Source: Minisyncoccota bacterium (lineage in GTDB: Bacteria > Patescibacteriota > Minisyncoccia > Phycocordibacterales > UBA2100). Taken from it: a stretch of 41,105 nt of DNA. The notes under the pieces are model-generated. The model searched no databases. It was not told where the DNA came from and saw only the letters and a program-made list of their open reading frames with translations. This document shows positions 16,338 through 26,343 of this stretch, in pieces (positions within the stretch are counted from its first letter, which is position 1; each line of letters opens with the position of its first letter). A program made the position numbers and the translations under genes. Location: contig DASSSZ010000002.1 in the NCBI GenBank assembly GCA_035708165.1, positions 1 to 41,105 of the forward strand, read 5' to 3'.

Positions 16338-17410
16338 ACATCCTTGATGGTACCAGCGACCTGCCGCATCGTTTCCTCGACCGAGAACGCGTGCACGCGC
16401 TCCTTCCCCGCTGTCGCGAGCCGTGCAGCTAACCCCGGATCGCTCAGGATGCGCGCGATCGCTGCATGCACTGCCGTATCATCGCCTGGCGGGACCAGCA
16501 GGCCGGATTCGCCGTCCGCGATCACTTCCGCATTGCCCGGGATAGCGGAAGCGATGACAGGCGTTCCGAGAGAGAGCACTTCGAGCAGCGTGTGCGAGAG
16601 TCCTTCATACGATGAATTGAGGACGAACGCATCCGCGACAGCAGCCCACCCGAGGAGCTGCTCGCGCGGAAGCGCGCCGAGGAAGCGCACACGATCCGCG
16701 CAGCCTGCCGCTCGCGCGATGCCGCCGAGCCGTTCGCGATCAGGGCCATCGCCGATGAGCGCGAGGTGCCATGACGGTTCCGGTGCGATCGCGCGGATGA
16801 GGCCATCGAACCCTTTCCACGGCACGAGGCGGCCGCCCGAGACGATCAAGGGGCGCGGGAGCGTATCGCTCGGCGCTTCGGCAGGCGCGGGCAGCTCGAC
16901 GCCGTTATAGATGACATGCGCTTCCCTGCCCTCCGGCAGCCAGCCTCCGATGATGCCTGCAAGGTAGCGCGATGGCGCGATGACGGCTTTCGCCTTGCGC
17001 GCGACGAGAGCCTGGATGCGGCGCAGGAGCTCGATCCGCCAGCCGTAGCGCGTCGTTTGGAATGCCTCGATCGTATCTGTCACGCCGAAGCGCTGCACCC
17101 CCTGCTCCCAGGCGTAATCGCCGCCGAGCCGCAGGAGAAGGGGCTTCCGTGCGAACATGCTTGCGAGCCATGCCGGCAACCCGCTGCTGACGGCATCCTG
17201 CGCGAGAAGCGCGTCTGCGCTTTGCAGCGCGCGCCAGAGCTCCCAGGCATAGGCGAAGTGCCTGATGACGGGCGGGAGGCTGCGCACCGAGCGGAACGGG
17301 ACCGGCTCGACCGTGATCCCGAGTGCCGGCAGAAAGCGCTCCAGGGCGACGGCATACGTGGCAGGACCGCCGGTATCCGGCGGGTAGATTCCCGCGACGA
17401 TGAGCTTCAT
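16325..17410 (-). CDS. Glycosyltransferase family 4
   Basis: IYPPDTGGPATY, GRLVPWKG, YEGLSHTLLEVLSLGTPVIAS. Confidence 0.9.
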   Translation of the reverse strand: MKLIVAGIYPPDTGGPATYAVALERFLPALGITVEPVPFRSVRSLPPVIRHFAYAWELWRALQSADALLAQDAVSSGLPAWLASMFARKPLLLRLGGDYAWEQGVQRFGVTDTIEAFQTTRYGWRIELLRRIQALVARKAKAVIAPSRYLAGIIGGWLPEGREAHVIYNGVELPAPAEAPSDTLPRPLIVSGGRLVPWKGFDGLIRAIAPEPSWHLALIGDGPDRERLGGIARAAGCADRVRFLGALPREQLLGWAAVADAFVLNSSYEGLSHTLLEVLSLGTPVIASAIPGNAEVIADGESGLLVPPGDDTAVHAAIARILSDPGLAARLATAGKERVHAFSVEETMRQVAGTIKDVCAS

Positions 17411-17436
17411 GGGCGTATGATAGCGCAGAACCTAGG

Positions 17437-18375
17437 CTACCGCTGCATAGCCTCGACCCACGCGATCTCGTGCGCAAGGCCCTCCCTGAGACCCGTCCGC
17501 GGATCGTAGCCAAGGAGCCGGCGTGCCTTGCTGATATCGGCTGCGGTCTCTTTCTGATCGCCCGGGCGCGGCGGCTGCATATCGAAACGCGCTTCTTTCC
17601 CCATAAGTTCCTGCACGAGATCGATGCCCTCGCCGGTCGTATGCGTCACATCAGTGCCGATATTGATGACCTCCCCTAAGACGGCATCGCGCCGTGCGAG
17701 CACGGCGAGGAATCCATCCACGATATCGCCGACATAGGTATAGCTGCGCACATGCTCACGGCTCCCCTCATAGAGCGGGAACAGCTCGCCCGCAAGGATC
17801 GCACGGATGAGCTTGTGATAGAGCTTATCCGGCCGCTCGCGCTCGCCATAGACGGAGAAGAGGCGCAGCGAGGTCGCCGGGAAACCGATATCGCGATGGA
17901 GCGCCATCGCGAGCTGCTCTGCTGCGAGCTTGGTCACGCCGTAGTGCGAGGCAGGCTTAGGCTCGCTCGTCTCGGGACCGTTCGCTTCTTTCCCGTAGAT
18001 AGACGAGGTCGCGATATTAATGAAATGGCCGAGGGCATCGGAGCTCCGCGCCGCCTCAAGCAGACGTTCGGTTGCGCGGATGTTGTTGCGCTCATACGTA
18101 TCGAACGGGACGGATGCGGAGATTCCAGGCTGCGCGGCGCAGTGGAAGATTGCCTCGACGCCGCGCATGTGCGGGGCAAGATCATCCTCGGCGAGATCGA
18201 TTCGAGCCACGGTCACGCCTGCCGTCGCAAGCGCATCCGCATTCGCCTCCTTCTGAGCAACGTCGTAGTACTCAGTGAAGCAATCGAGTGCGGTCACCTC
18301 GTGCCCCTCGCGTACGAGCCGTTCCGCTAGAGTCGAGCCGATCGCGCCAGCAGCGCCAGTAACGAGGACCTTCAT
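17437..18375 (-). CDS. NAD-dependent epimerase/dehydratase (extended SDR, UDP-glucuronate 4-epimerase-like)
   Basis: MKVLVTGAAGAIG, TSSIYG, YGVTK (YxxxK), FSVYGERERPD. Start at 18375 has TAGAAT 8 nt upstream. Confidence 0.92.
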   Translation of the reverse strand: MKVLVTGAAGAIGSTLAERLVREGHEVTALDCFTEYYDVAQKEANADALATAGVTVARIDLAEDDLAPHMRGVEAIFHCAAQPGISASVPFDTYERNNIRATERLLEAARSSDALGHFINIATSSIYGKEANGPETSEPKPASHYGVTKLAAEQLAMALHRDIGFPATSLRLFSVYGERERPDKLYHKLIRAILAGELFPLYEGSREHVRSYTYVGDIVDGFLAVLARRDAVLGEVINIGTDVTHTTGEGIDLVQELMGKEARFDMQPPRPGDQKETAADISKARRLLGYDPRTGLREGLAHEIAWVEAMQR

Positions 18376-18386
18376 ACGTGGTGATT

Positions 18387-19568
18387 CTACCGAGCGGGAG
18401 AGCTCCTGGCCAGGACGGGCTCGAAGGCCTGCTCCTGCATGGCAAGGGCGATCTCGTCCCAGTCGTACTTCTCGGCGGCCATGGCGCGCGCAGTCGCAGC
18501 GATCGCTTGCGCGGCTTCCGGATCGGCCATGACGGCTCGTACCGCTTCTGCGATCTCTTCCGGCGAGTCCTTCCCTACCGCGAAGCCGGTCGTCGGCTTC
18601 TCGGGATCGCGTGCGCGGTCGAAGAGGAAGTCGGCGATGCCGCCTTCCTGCGTGGCGATGACCGGGAGCCCTGCCGCCATCGCCTCGATGAACGAGTTGC
18701 CCATGCCTTCCGAGCGCGATGGTCGGATGAAGATATCGCACGCAGCGAGATAGCGCGGCAGATCCGCATGGCCCTTGTGCCCGAGGAACTGCACGCGATC
18801 CGCCACCCCCCGCTTCTTCGCGAGCGCGCGGAGCATCTGCTCATCCGGCCCGGTGCCGACCACGATGAAATGGACGTTCGCGGGCAGGAGCGCGAGCGCT
18901 TCGATCACGGTATCGGCGGCGTTCTTCGTGACGAGGCGCGACGTGGTGACCAGGAATACGTCGCCCATGCCCTTGCCGAGCTCGCGCTTCGTGGCGATCG
19001 CTTCCGACTCGGGGACCGGCGCGCTGAAGCGCGCGACATCCACGCCGTTCGGGATGAGGACTGCCTCGCCCCGATAGCCGTAGCGCTTCGCGAGCTCGCC
19101 GAGGTACGTGCTGATCGCCGTGAGGCGCGCGGTGCGCGCGAGCATCCATCGCCAGCCCATGGCGACGAGCCCGAGCTTGCGTCCTGCGATCGTATCTCCC
19201 TCCTGGAGCGTCAGCACGACCGGGACATCCCTGCCGGGGAGCAGGTTCGCCGCGTACGCGGCCATGCTGCCCCATGCGGCCATCATCCCCCAGTAGCACG
19301 CATACGGATGCTGCCGGCCGAGCGAGCGCGCCATCCGTGCGCCGAGGAACGGCAGCAGGAGCTTATCGAGCAGCGGCACGCCGAACCCGACGCGGTAGAC
19401 CTCGATCGCGCCGATCCGCTCATGGCGCGGGAGCTCCCGGCGCATGCGCGCGCAGATGAGGTCGAAGGTGTATTCGCCCAACAGCCGATCGGTGATTTCC
19501 TTGATGGCGATCTCCGCCCCGCCCACCATAGGCAGGTACGCGGTAGAGAAAACAAGGATGCGCGGCAT
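18387..19568 (-). CDS. Glycosyltransferase family 4
   Basis: MPRILVFSTAYLPMVGGAE, SRLVTKN, SEGMGNSFIEAMAAGLPVIAT. Confidence 0.9.
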   Translation of the reverse strand: MPRILVFSTAYLPMVGGAEIAIKEITDRLLGEYTFDLICARMRRELPRHERIGAIEVYRVGFGVPLLDKLLLPFLGARMARSLGRQHPYACYWGMMAAWGSMAAYAANLLPGRDVPVVLTLQEGDTIAGRKLGLVAMGWRWMLARTARLTAISTYLGELAKRYGYRGEAVLIPNGVDVARFSAPVPESEAIATKRELGKGMGDVFLVTTSRLVTKNAADTVIEALALLPANVHFIVVGTGPDEQMLRALAKKRGVADRVQFLGHKGHADLPRYLAACDIFIRPSRSEGMGNSFIEAMAAGLPVIATQEGGIADFLFDRARDPEKPTTGFAVGKDSPEEIAEAVRAVMADPEAAQAIAATARAMAAEKYDWDEIALAMQEQAFEPVLARSSPAR

Positions 19569-19585
19569 AGGGAGAGCAGAGGGCA

Positions 19586-20443
19586 TCACGCGAGGCACTC
19601 GCGGATGTACTCCGGCAGGCGATGCGCGGGAGTCCATCCGAGCGCGCGTGCCTTGCTCGTATCAAGCGCGGACGAACGGCGGTTGCCAGGACGGTCGGGC
19701 ACCATCTCGATGGGACCACCGAAGAGCTCCGCGACGGCGCGGATCGAGTACGACTCATCGGCGCCGAGGCCGTAGCCATCGCCCTCGCCCTTCTCGCCCA
19801 CGAGGATGAGCCCTTCGACGATGTCGTCGATATGCGTGAAGTTGCGCTCCTGCGTGCCCGGGCTGCGCACCAAGAGCGGCTCGCCTGCGAGTCGGCGCTC
19901 CCGGAAGATCTCGATGACCGTGCCGTAGCGGCCGGCGCGCTCGCCCGGGCCGTACACGTTATAGAAATAGGTGGTCGCGGACGAGAGGCCGAACCATGCT
20001 GCGTAATTGCGGACGAGCTCGGTATTGCTCGCCTTGGCCCATGCGTACGGGCTCTCGGAAGGCCCCAAGCCGTCGTCGGCGAACTTGGTGGATGAGCCTG
20101 CGTAGACGAGCTTGCAGCGCTTCTCGCGCCAGAACTCGAGGACGCCGAACGTGCCGGCGATATTGAGGTCCCAGACGAGCGCCGGCTCCTCGAAGCTCTG
20201 CTCGACGCGCGAGTACTCGCCGAGGTGATAGATGAGGTCCGGCGTCTCGGGGATATGCCGGGCGATGTCCTTGGTATGGCCCTCGCGGTACTCGACGCCC
20301 TCGACGTGATTCTCGCGGCTGCCGGTGAAGTACGTATCGAGCGAGATGACGCGGTGCCCCTCTGCCGCGAGCCGCACGCAGAGCGCAGAGCCGATGAAGC
20401 CGGCGCCGCCGGTCACCAGGATGAGCTTCTGCGAGTCGGCCAT
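19586..20443 (-). CDS. NAD-dependent epimerase/dehydratase
   Basis: ILVTGGAGFIGS, YAGSS, PYAWAK, FYNVYGPGE, RNFTHIDD. Confidence 0.9.
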   Translation of the reverse strand: MADSQKLILVTGGAGFIGSALCVRLAAEGHRVISLDTYFTGSRENHVEGVEYREGHTKDIARHIPETPDLIYHLGEYSRVEQSFEEPALVWDLNIAGTFGVLEFWREKRCKLVYAGSSTKFADDGLGPSESPYAWAKASNTELVRNYAAWFGLSSATTYFYNVYGPGERAGRYGTVIEIFRERRLAGEPLLVRSPGTQERNFTHIDDIVEGLILVGEKGEGDGYGLGADESYSIRAVAELFGGPIEMVPDRPGNRRSSALDTSKARALGWTPAHRLPEYIRECLA

Positions 20444-20455
20444 GGTGATCCAATC

Positions 20456-22030
20456 CTACATGTCGCCGGGTATTTCCTCAATGATATCCCACGCCTTGCT
20501 GCCGCGTCGCCGCGCAGTAATGGCCGAGACGGAGCCGAGGCCTGCGAGGGCGCCTGCGCCGAGCACCCACGGCCACAGGGGCGAATCCTGCGCGGGGTCG
20601 TGCCCGCCTGTGCCGAGCGCGGCGGCAGCGAACCCGGCTGCCTCGGGCGAGGCGGTACTGCTCGCAGCGACCGCCCGAGACGGCTGCGGCTGCACAGCGG
20701 GTGCGGATCGCTCCGGGGCGTCCTGAACGGATGCGGCGCTCGCGATCCGCGTGCCGATGAGCGAGCTCGCGCTGCTGGTACGCGCGATCGGCTGCGGGGC
20801 GCGGGCCGGGACAGGCGCGGACTGAGGCGCGACCGGCACAGGAGCGACCGGCGCCATGGCGGCTGCCGGCGCCTCCCCTTCCGCGATAGCGGCATCGCCA
20901 TCAGGGTACTCGAGCATGACCGGATGCGTAATGAGCGTAAGGCCGGTGGTGCCGGGGGCGAACGGCACGGTCGCGCCGGGAAGGAGGCGCGTGTGCTCCG
21001 GCAGGGCGAATGCCTTCCCGCCCGAGGCAAGGATCCAGCCGGACAAGTCGAGCTCGCGGCTGCTCCTGTTGGTGATCGCGATCGAGCCGTCCGAGAGCAC
21101 GCTGAGGGACAGCTGCGCCGGCTCGGCATCCACCGTGATCTCGTCCATCGCGGCGAACTTGTGCTCAGCGAGCGTGAGCGTCACCGCATAGCGGCCGGGG
21201 TGGGCCCAATGGTGCAGGACCGCTTCGCCCTCCTTCGTGGCGCCGTCGCCGAAGTTCCAGATGAACCGTACCGCGGAAGGGTCGAGCTCGGTTCCGTCCT
21301 TCGCGAAGGCGCGGCCATCGAATTCCGCATCCGCGCCGACGGAGACCACACGGTCGCCGCCCGCGTACGCATAGAGCTGCGGCGTGACCGGGAATACGGA
21401 GGCCGGGGTGCTGCTTGCCGCAGCATCCTGCTGCGGATCCGTGCTTCCCGCATCCTGCGCAGCGCCGGCATCCTGATCCTGTGCTGTGCCATCTGCGCCT
21501 GCAGTGCCCGGATCCGCCGGCGACAGCGATCCGGTACCCGGCGTCGGCGCGGCAGCGGCGAAAGCGGTCCCGGCTGCGCTCGTGCGCGAGAGGCTCTCCC
21601 CGTCCGTACCTTCGGCTGCGTCGTACGTGATCGCGTCGGCAGTCACATCCTGCGCGTCGTGAAGCGCGAGCGGCTCGCCGCTGTTGCTGAGACTGAAGGC
21701 GCTGTCGAAGAGCTGCCCGGCGAAACCAGGATGGTCAGTAAGGAATAGGGCCGGATTATCAGCGATGACCGCATACGCCCCCGGCGCGAGCACGGAGCCG
21801 CCTTGGACCGCGCTGATGCGATGGTCCGTCTCGTTCTCATAGAAATGCCACTCGGTGAGCGGGACCGCCGATGCGCCGGCATTGAAGACTTCCACCCACT
21901 CGTGCCCCGCATCGGTGCCGTCCGGGTCGTACATGATCTCACTGATGACAGCCTGCGCGCTCACGACGAGCGGCGCGCCGCATGCGACGCATGCGACAAG
22001 CGCGCCCGCTGCTGCCGCCTTCGCGCTCAT
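20456..22030 (-). CDS. Secreted lamin-tail-domain + PKD-domain protein with C-terminal membrane anchor
   Basis: VISEIMYDPDGTDAGHEWVE (LTD), FIWNFGDG..HPGRYAVTLT (PKD), a second LTD-like ITNRSSRELDLSGW, an Ala/Pro linker, then a TM helix followed by RRR. Confidence 0.85.
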   Translation of the reverse strand: MSAKAAAAGALVACVACGAPLVVSAQAVISEIMYDPDGTDAGHEWVEVFNAGASAVPLTEWHFYENETDHRISAVQGGSVLAPGAYAVIADNPALFLTDHPGFAGQLFDSAFSLSNSGEPLALHDAQDVTADAITYDAAEGTDGESLSRTSAAGTAFAAAAPTPGTGSLSPADPGTAGADGTAQDQDAGAAQDAGSTDPQQDAAASSTPASVFPVTPQLYAYAGGDRVVSVGADAEFDGRAFAKDGTELDPSAVRFIWNFGDGATKEGEAVLHHWAHPGRYAVTLTLAEHKFAAMDEITVDAEPAQLSLSVLSDGSIAITNRSSRELDLSGWILASGGKAFALPEHTRLLPGATVPFAPGTTGLTLITHPVMLEYPDGDAAIAEGEAPAAAMAPVAPVPVAPQSAPVPARAPQPIARTSSASSLIGTRIASAASVQDAPERSAPAVQPQPSRAVAASSTASPEAAGFAAAALGTGGHDPAQDSPLWPWVLGAGALAGLGSVSAITARRRGSKAWDIIEEIPGDM

Positions 22031-23937
22031 TGGTCCGAAAGGACCCGGCGCAGGACCTCGGGCGGGATCTCGCTCGATCCCTGGCGCGCAGGAGCCTCGG
22101 GGGCTGCGGGAGCCGCAGGAGCGGGAGCATCCGCTGCTCGGGATGCGCGCAGCTGCGAGGGGGTGACCGGCTGCGGCTCGCCCGGCTCGCGTTCGTGCAC
22201 GCGCGGCTGCGCTGGCGCGGCAGGCTCAACATGCGCTGCTGCATTCCGCTGCATGGCAGCGGCTATCGCATCCTTGAGCGCATTGCGCTCGCGTTTCTCA
22301 TCTGGACGCGTGTGTGCATTCATAGCGGGCGCAGCATCCTCGGCGCTTGTCGGCTGCGGCTCCGGGCGCATGGCGGCAGGCTTCTCGGCGGCGGCCTGCG
22401 CGCGCAGGATCTCGGCGGGCGCCGTGGCCGGCCGCGGCATGCGCGGTGCGCCCTGATTGCGAGCGCCGGAAGGCGCATGCTCGGAGCGGCTGCCTGAAGC
22501 GCCATTCATGCCGCTCAGCGAGCCGTTCTGGCTGCCGCCCTGCGCACCGCCATGCCCGCTGCTGGAAGAGCCGTTGCCGCGCGAACCGTTGCCGCTCGTC
22601 CGCTTCGTCGGCGGGGTGATCGGGAATGCCGCGAAGCGCTGCTGGATGAACTCCTCCACCTTCGCGCGCGGGGTGCCGTAGTGCTCGCGCGTGTACTGCG
22701 TCACCTGCCGCCTGAAGGAGACCGGCGGCTGCTCGATCGGCGGAAGCGTCTGCGCCGAGAACGGCGGCGAGGTGATGCCGTCGATCGAGAGCGTGAGATA
22801 GATCTGCCCCACTCCGAGGCCGACCATGTCTTCTACGGTGAAGGTCGGCTCGAAGAGCGGTTCGAGCTCCTGCGCGTCCAAGGGGCCCACCTTGAAGACG
22901 ACCGTCGTTCCGACATTGCCGAAGACGGCGTCCTTCACGGCAGTGGAGTCCTTCTCGTTCAATTGCGCGATGAACTGGTTGGCGATGATGAGGCCCAGGC
23001 CGTACTTGCGCGACTCGGAGAGGATGTTGGCGAAGGCTTTGTTCACGACGTTCTGGAACTCATCCACGTAGAAGTAGCACGGCGGCAGCTGGCGCTGGCG
23101 CGAGAGGCTCTCCTTCGCGCGCGACATGGAGGCGAGATACGTGCGGATCACGAGCACGGCGCCGATCATGGTCGAGTTCGCGTCGCCCATCTTCCCCTTC
23201 GCCAGGTTGCAGATGATGATCTTGCGCTCATCCATCGCGCGACGCAGATCGAAGCTCGAGCGCGGCTGGCCGATGATATTGCGTACGAGCGGATTGCTGA
23301 CGAGCTGGCCCACCTTGTTCTGGATGGCCGGCGTCGCCTCCTGCGTATAGCGGTCGCCATAGTTGGCGAACTCTTCCGTCCAGAAGGATTTCACGATCTG
23401 GTCGGTCACATGCGCGACCACGTCGTTGCGGAATTCCTTATTGATGAGCATGCGGTTCACGTCGATCAGGGTCGAATCCGGATACTCGAGGAGCGCAAGG
23501 AGCGTGTTCTGCAGGATGTACTGCATGCGCGCGCTCCACGCGTCCGCCCAGAGGCGCTCGAAGACACCCATGAGGCCCGAGACTACGTTGTGGCGCTGGT
23601 CGAAGCCGACATCCTCCATGATGTTGAACGCGAGCGGGAAATCGGTATCGGACGGATCGAAATAGATGACATCCTTCACCCGCTCCTCGGGGATGAAATC
23701 GAGCAGCTTCTCCGCCGTGGACCCGTGCGGGTCGATGAAGATGAGCCCTTCCCCGTTCTGGATATCCTGGATCGCCATGTTCTCGAGCATGGTGGATTTG
23801 CCCACGCCCGTCTTGCCGATGACGTACATGTGCTTCAGGCGATCGATGGCGCGGATACCGAATGCCCGCGCCTTACCGCGCGTGTGCGTCGCCGCGAAAT
23901 AGGTGACGCGCGAGGGGTCGAGGAACTCATCAGCCAT
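22027..23937 (-). CDS. VirB4/TrwB/TraG-like (HerA-FtsK superfamily) P-loop ATPase with disordered C-tail
   Basis: HMYVIGKTGVGKS Walker A, FIDPHG, FYVDEFQ Walker B, SESRKYGLGLIIANQ, VFGNVGT. Confidence 0.88.
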   Translation of the reverse strand: MADEFLDPSRVTYFAATHTRGKARAFGIRAIDRLKHMYVIGKTGVGKSTMLENMAIQDIQNGEGLIFIDPHGSTAEKLLDFIPEERVKDVIYFDPSDTDFPLAFNIMEDVGFDQRHNVVSGLMGVFERLWADAWSARMQYILQNTLLALLEYPDSTLIDVNRMLINKEFRNDVVAHVTDQIVKSFWTEEFANYGDRYTQEATPAIQNKVGQLVSNPLVRNIIGQPRSSFDLRRAMDERKIIICNLAKGKMGDANSTMIGAVLVIRTYLASMSRAKESLSRQRQLPPCYFYVDEFQNVVNKAFANILSESRKYGLGLIIANQFIAQLNEKDSTAVKDAVFGNVGTTVVFKVGPLDAQELEPLFEPTFTVEDMVGLGVGQIYLTLSIDGITSPPFSAQTLPPIEQPPVSFRRQVTQYTREHYGTPRAKVEEFIQQRFAAFPITPPTKRTSGNGSRGNGSSSSGHGGAQGGSQNGSLSGMNGASGSRSEHAPSGARNQGAPRMPRPATAPAEILRAQAAAEKPAAMRPEPQPTSAEDAAPAMNAHTRPDEKRERNALKDAIAAAMQRNAAAHVEPAAPAQPRVHEREPGEPQPVTPSQLRASRAADAPAPAAPAAPEAPARQGSSEIPPEVLRRVLSDQ

Positions 23938-24053
23938 GGCCTCAGTATACCCTAGGAGCGCCGGGAAATGATGAAGGCGGGCGCCTCAGCGCCTGCCCAT
24001 TCCATGCCGCGCACGCGCCAGGCTTTCCCGGCGGCGCCATGAACGCCTCATCC

Positions 24054-24299
24054 CTATGCCGTCTCCGCGTCTGCCACCGCCGGCGCCGCATCGGCCTGCT
24101 CCGGCATATGCTCGACGAAGGTCTCGGCATGGTGCACGGCCTGGTGCTGCTGGCGATCGCGGCGGATGAGCATGCCGAGCCCGACGATGCAGATGCCGAG
24201 GATCACGAACGTGACCTCGTCCCATTTGAGTGGGAAGCCGAGGAAGGACTGCGCGGCGACCCAGGCGCCGAGGAACATCACGAGCGTCTCCTTTCCCAT
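24054..24299 (-). CDS. Small two-TM membrane protein (81 aa)
   Basis: MGKETLVMFLGAWVAAQSFLGFP...VILGICIVGLGMLIRR; TATACT lies 7 nt before the ATG. Confidence 0.75.
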   Translation of the reverse strand: MGKETLVMFLGAWVAAQSFLGFPLKWDEVTFVILGICIVGLGMLIRRDRQQHQAVHHAETFVEHMPEQADAAPAVADAETA

Positions 24300-24330
24300 T
24301 GCCGGCAGTATAGCACGAGGCGCGGCGCCG

Positions 24331-25026
24331 CTAGCTCCGGCGCTTCTCCACAGGAGCGATGATGACCACGAACTCTCCTTTGGCGTGCTCGGGGGCCGCC
24401 TCGATCGCGGCATGCACGCTGGCGGCATCGCCACGCAGCACTTCCTCGAAGCGCTTAGTGATCTCGCGCACGACGGCGACCTCCCGCTCCCTGATCGCAT
24501 CCGCCAGCTCCCCCATGAGCTTCCCGATGCGGTGCGTGGATTCATAGAGGACGATGGCGCGCGGCTCCTGCGCGATTTCCGAGAGCATCGTCTGCCTGCC
24601 CTTCTTGTGCGGCAGGAAGCCGAGGAAGACGAACGGATCCGCGGAGATGCCCGCGATCGAGAGTGCGGCCGTGAGCGCCGAGGGGCCGGGGACGGCTTCG
24701 ATCCTCACCTCCTCCCCGAAGCGCTCGCGCACTGCCGCGACGAGCCGCGAGCCGGGGTCCGAGATGCCCGGGGTGCCCGCGTCCGTGACATACGCGACAT
24801 GCTCGCCGGCTTCGAGCCTGTCCCCGACCTCGCCGGCTTTCAGCGCCTCGACGTTCGCGTCGAGGCGCTTGAGCGGCGTCGCGATCGCATGGCGCGCGAG
24901 GAGCTTCGCCGTCACCCGCGTATCCTCGCAATAGATGACATCCGCCTCCGTGAGCGTCCGGAGCGCGCGCAGCGTGATGTCCTCCAGGTTCCCGATCGGC
25001 GTCCCCACAATCGACAGCGTGCCCAT
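24331..25026 (-). CDS. rsmI: 16S rRNA (cytidine1402-2'-O)-methyltransferase
   Basis: LSIVGTPIGNLEDITLRA, CEDTR, VTDAGTPGISDPG, GFLPHK, REITKRFEE, KGEFV. Confidence 0.95.
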   Translation of the reverse strand: MGTLSIVGTPIGNLEDITLRALRTLTEADVIYCEDTRVTAKLLARHAIATPLKRLDANVEALKAGEVGDRLEAGEHVAYVTDAGTPGISDPGSRLVAAVRERFGEEVRIEAVPGPSALTAALSIAGISADPFVFLGFLPHKKGRQTMLSEIAQEPRAIVLYESTHRIGKLMGELADAIREREVAVVREITKRFEEVLRGDAASVHAAIEAAPEHAKGEFVVIIAPVEKRRS

Positions 25027-25082
25027 TGCCAGCATCATACCTGCGGGAGTAGGATACACAATGGTCAGACTAGGAGGACAAA

Positions 25083-25277
25083 GTGGACCCAATGCGGCTT
25101 AAGACCCGGAAAGAGAAGGACCTCGAGGACGCCCGCGTCAATGACGCTGCCATCGCCCGCATCGAAGGCAGGCCATGGCACCAGCAATGCGCAACGCAGC
25201 ATGTCCCCGATCCATCCGGTCAGGCAACGTACGATCCCGATGATCAGGGCGGCCCGATCACGGTCACGTCGCGCTAG
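25083..25277 (+). CDS. Small hypothetical protein (64 aa)
   Basis: AGGAGG 5 nt before GTG, followed by a terminator hairpin; no recognisable motif. Confidence 0.5.
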   Translation: MDPMRLKTRKEKDLEDARVNDAAIARIEGRPWHQQCATQHVPDPSGQATYDPDDQGGPITVTSR

Positions 25278-25289
25278 CCGAATCCATTC

Positions 25290-25322
25290 GCCACGCCCTT
25301 TCCGAGGGCGTGGCTCATTTTT
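25290..25322 (+). terminator. Intrinsic terminator
   Basis: gccacgccct/agggcgtggc stem followed by tcatttttt. Confidence 0.7.
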
Positions 25323-25349
25323 TGACATGGGCACGTATTCTGCTACCCT
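25322..25349 (+). promoter_or_regulatory. Sigma70-type promoter
   Basis: TTGACA-16 nt-TACCCT with an extended TG motif. Confidence 0.55.
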
Positions 25350-25393
25350 GCAAGCGGCACCTTGATCTCTCACACTACTAGGAGGAAGTTCTG

Positions 25394-26260
25394 ATGAACA
25401 TCCACTCGGGACGCGTTCTCCCGCTTGTCGATCAGATGATCGGCACCCGGTCGCTGCCGGTCCGCATTGCCATCTTCGGAAGCCGGCACGACAACTGGTC
25501 GCTCAAGAACCTGCAGCGTCCGGAGGATGCGGAGACGTACCCCGAATTCGTCGCTCGCATCCGGGCAGCGATCAGCGGGATCGGCGGCGGCCGGATCTTC
25601 GCGCCCAACCCTGTCGCGCCGAGCACCGGCGCGATCTGCCAGCAGGAAGACCTGATCCGGCATATCGACCTGGGCGGCCGCATGGAAATGCACCGCAACC
25701 AGGACCTTCATGCCGACGGCTCGTTCCTGCGGCAGATGGGCGATACCGGCATCTTCAGCGCCGGCGGCTGCGGCATGCTTATCGCGATCCGCGGCACGTC
25801 CGTGGTATTCGCGCACGTGAGCCGCGAGAGCGTCTTCGATCGTATCGCGGTCATGAGCCGCGGCGAGCGGCAGGATGAAAGCCGCCCATACTTCGGCGTC
25901 GCCGAAGCGGCGATCGCCGCGCTCGATGCCAAGGAGCATCCGGACGAGGTCTTCGCATGGCCGCTCTTCGGCCTGCCCCCCGACTCGTTCGAGCACAGCT
26001 TCGAGCACTCGCAATACGGGGCGTTCAATATCGCGCTCGGCGAGTACCTGGAGGCGCACCACAGCCGCACGGCCGCGCCGATCACCGACGATGCCGTCTA
26101 CCCCGACCTCTCGCAGCTCGTCCGCGAGCGGCTCGAGCTCGCCGGCGTCCCGCACGGGCAGATCTGCATGGATCATGCGTACGTCCCGGAGACCGTCCCG
26201 ACCACCCGCAACGGCGGCGGCTCTGCCCGCTACCTCGTCGCGGCGGTCCGCGAGGGCTAG
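25394..26260 (+). CDS. Divergent YfiH/PgeF (laccase-domain / polyphenol oxidase family)-like protein
   Basis: ADGSFL..SAGGCGMLIA..VFAHVSRES aligns by eye with DG..ADC..AAHAGWRG; DL..LELAGV in the C-terminal part. Confidence 0.6.
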   Translation: MNIHSGRVLPLVDQMIGTRSLPVRIAIFGSRHDNWSLKNLQRPEDAETYPEFVARIRAAISGIGGGRIFAPNPVAPSTGAICQQEDLIRHIDLGGRMEMHRNQDLHADGSFLRQMGDTGIFSAGGCGMLIAIRGTSVVFAHVSRESVFDRIAVMSRGERQDESRPYFGVAEAAIAALDAKEHPDEVFAWPLFGLPPDSFEHSFEHSQYGAFNIALGEYLEAHHSRTAAPITDDAVYPDLSQLVRERLELAGVPHGQICMDHAYVPETVPTTRNGGGSARYLVAAVREG

Positions 26261-26285
26261 TTCATGGAAATCCTCTCCTGGGGTG

Positions 26286-26316
26286 ACGCCGGCATACCTG
26301 CCGGCGTTTTCTTTTT
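26286..26316 (+). terminator. Intrinsic terminator
   Basis: acgccggca/tgccggcgt stem followed by tttcttttt. Confidence 0.75.
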
Positions 26317-26343
26317 GCCTTGCGTGCGTGCTACGATGGCCCG

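Noticed and set aside
20456-23937. Conjugative element or prophage
   Set aside because: No relaxase, integrase, other T4SS or phage structural genes; composition matches the host
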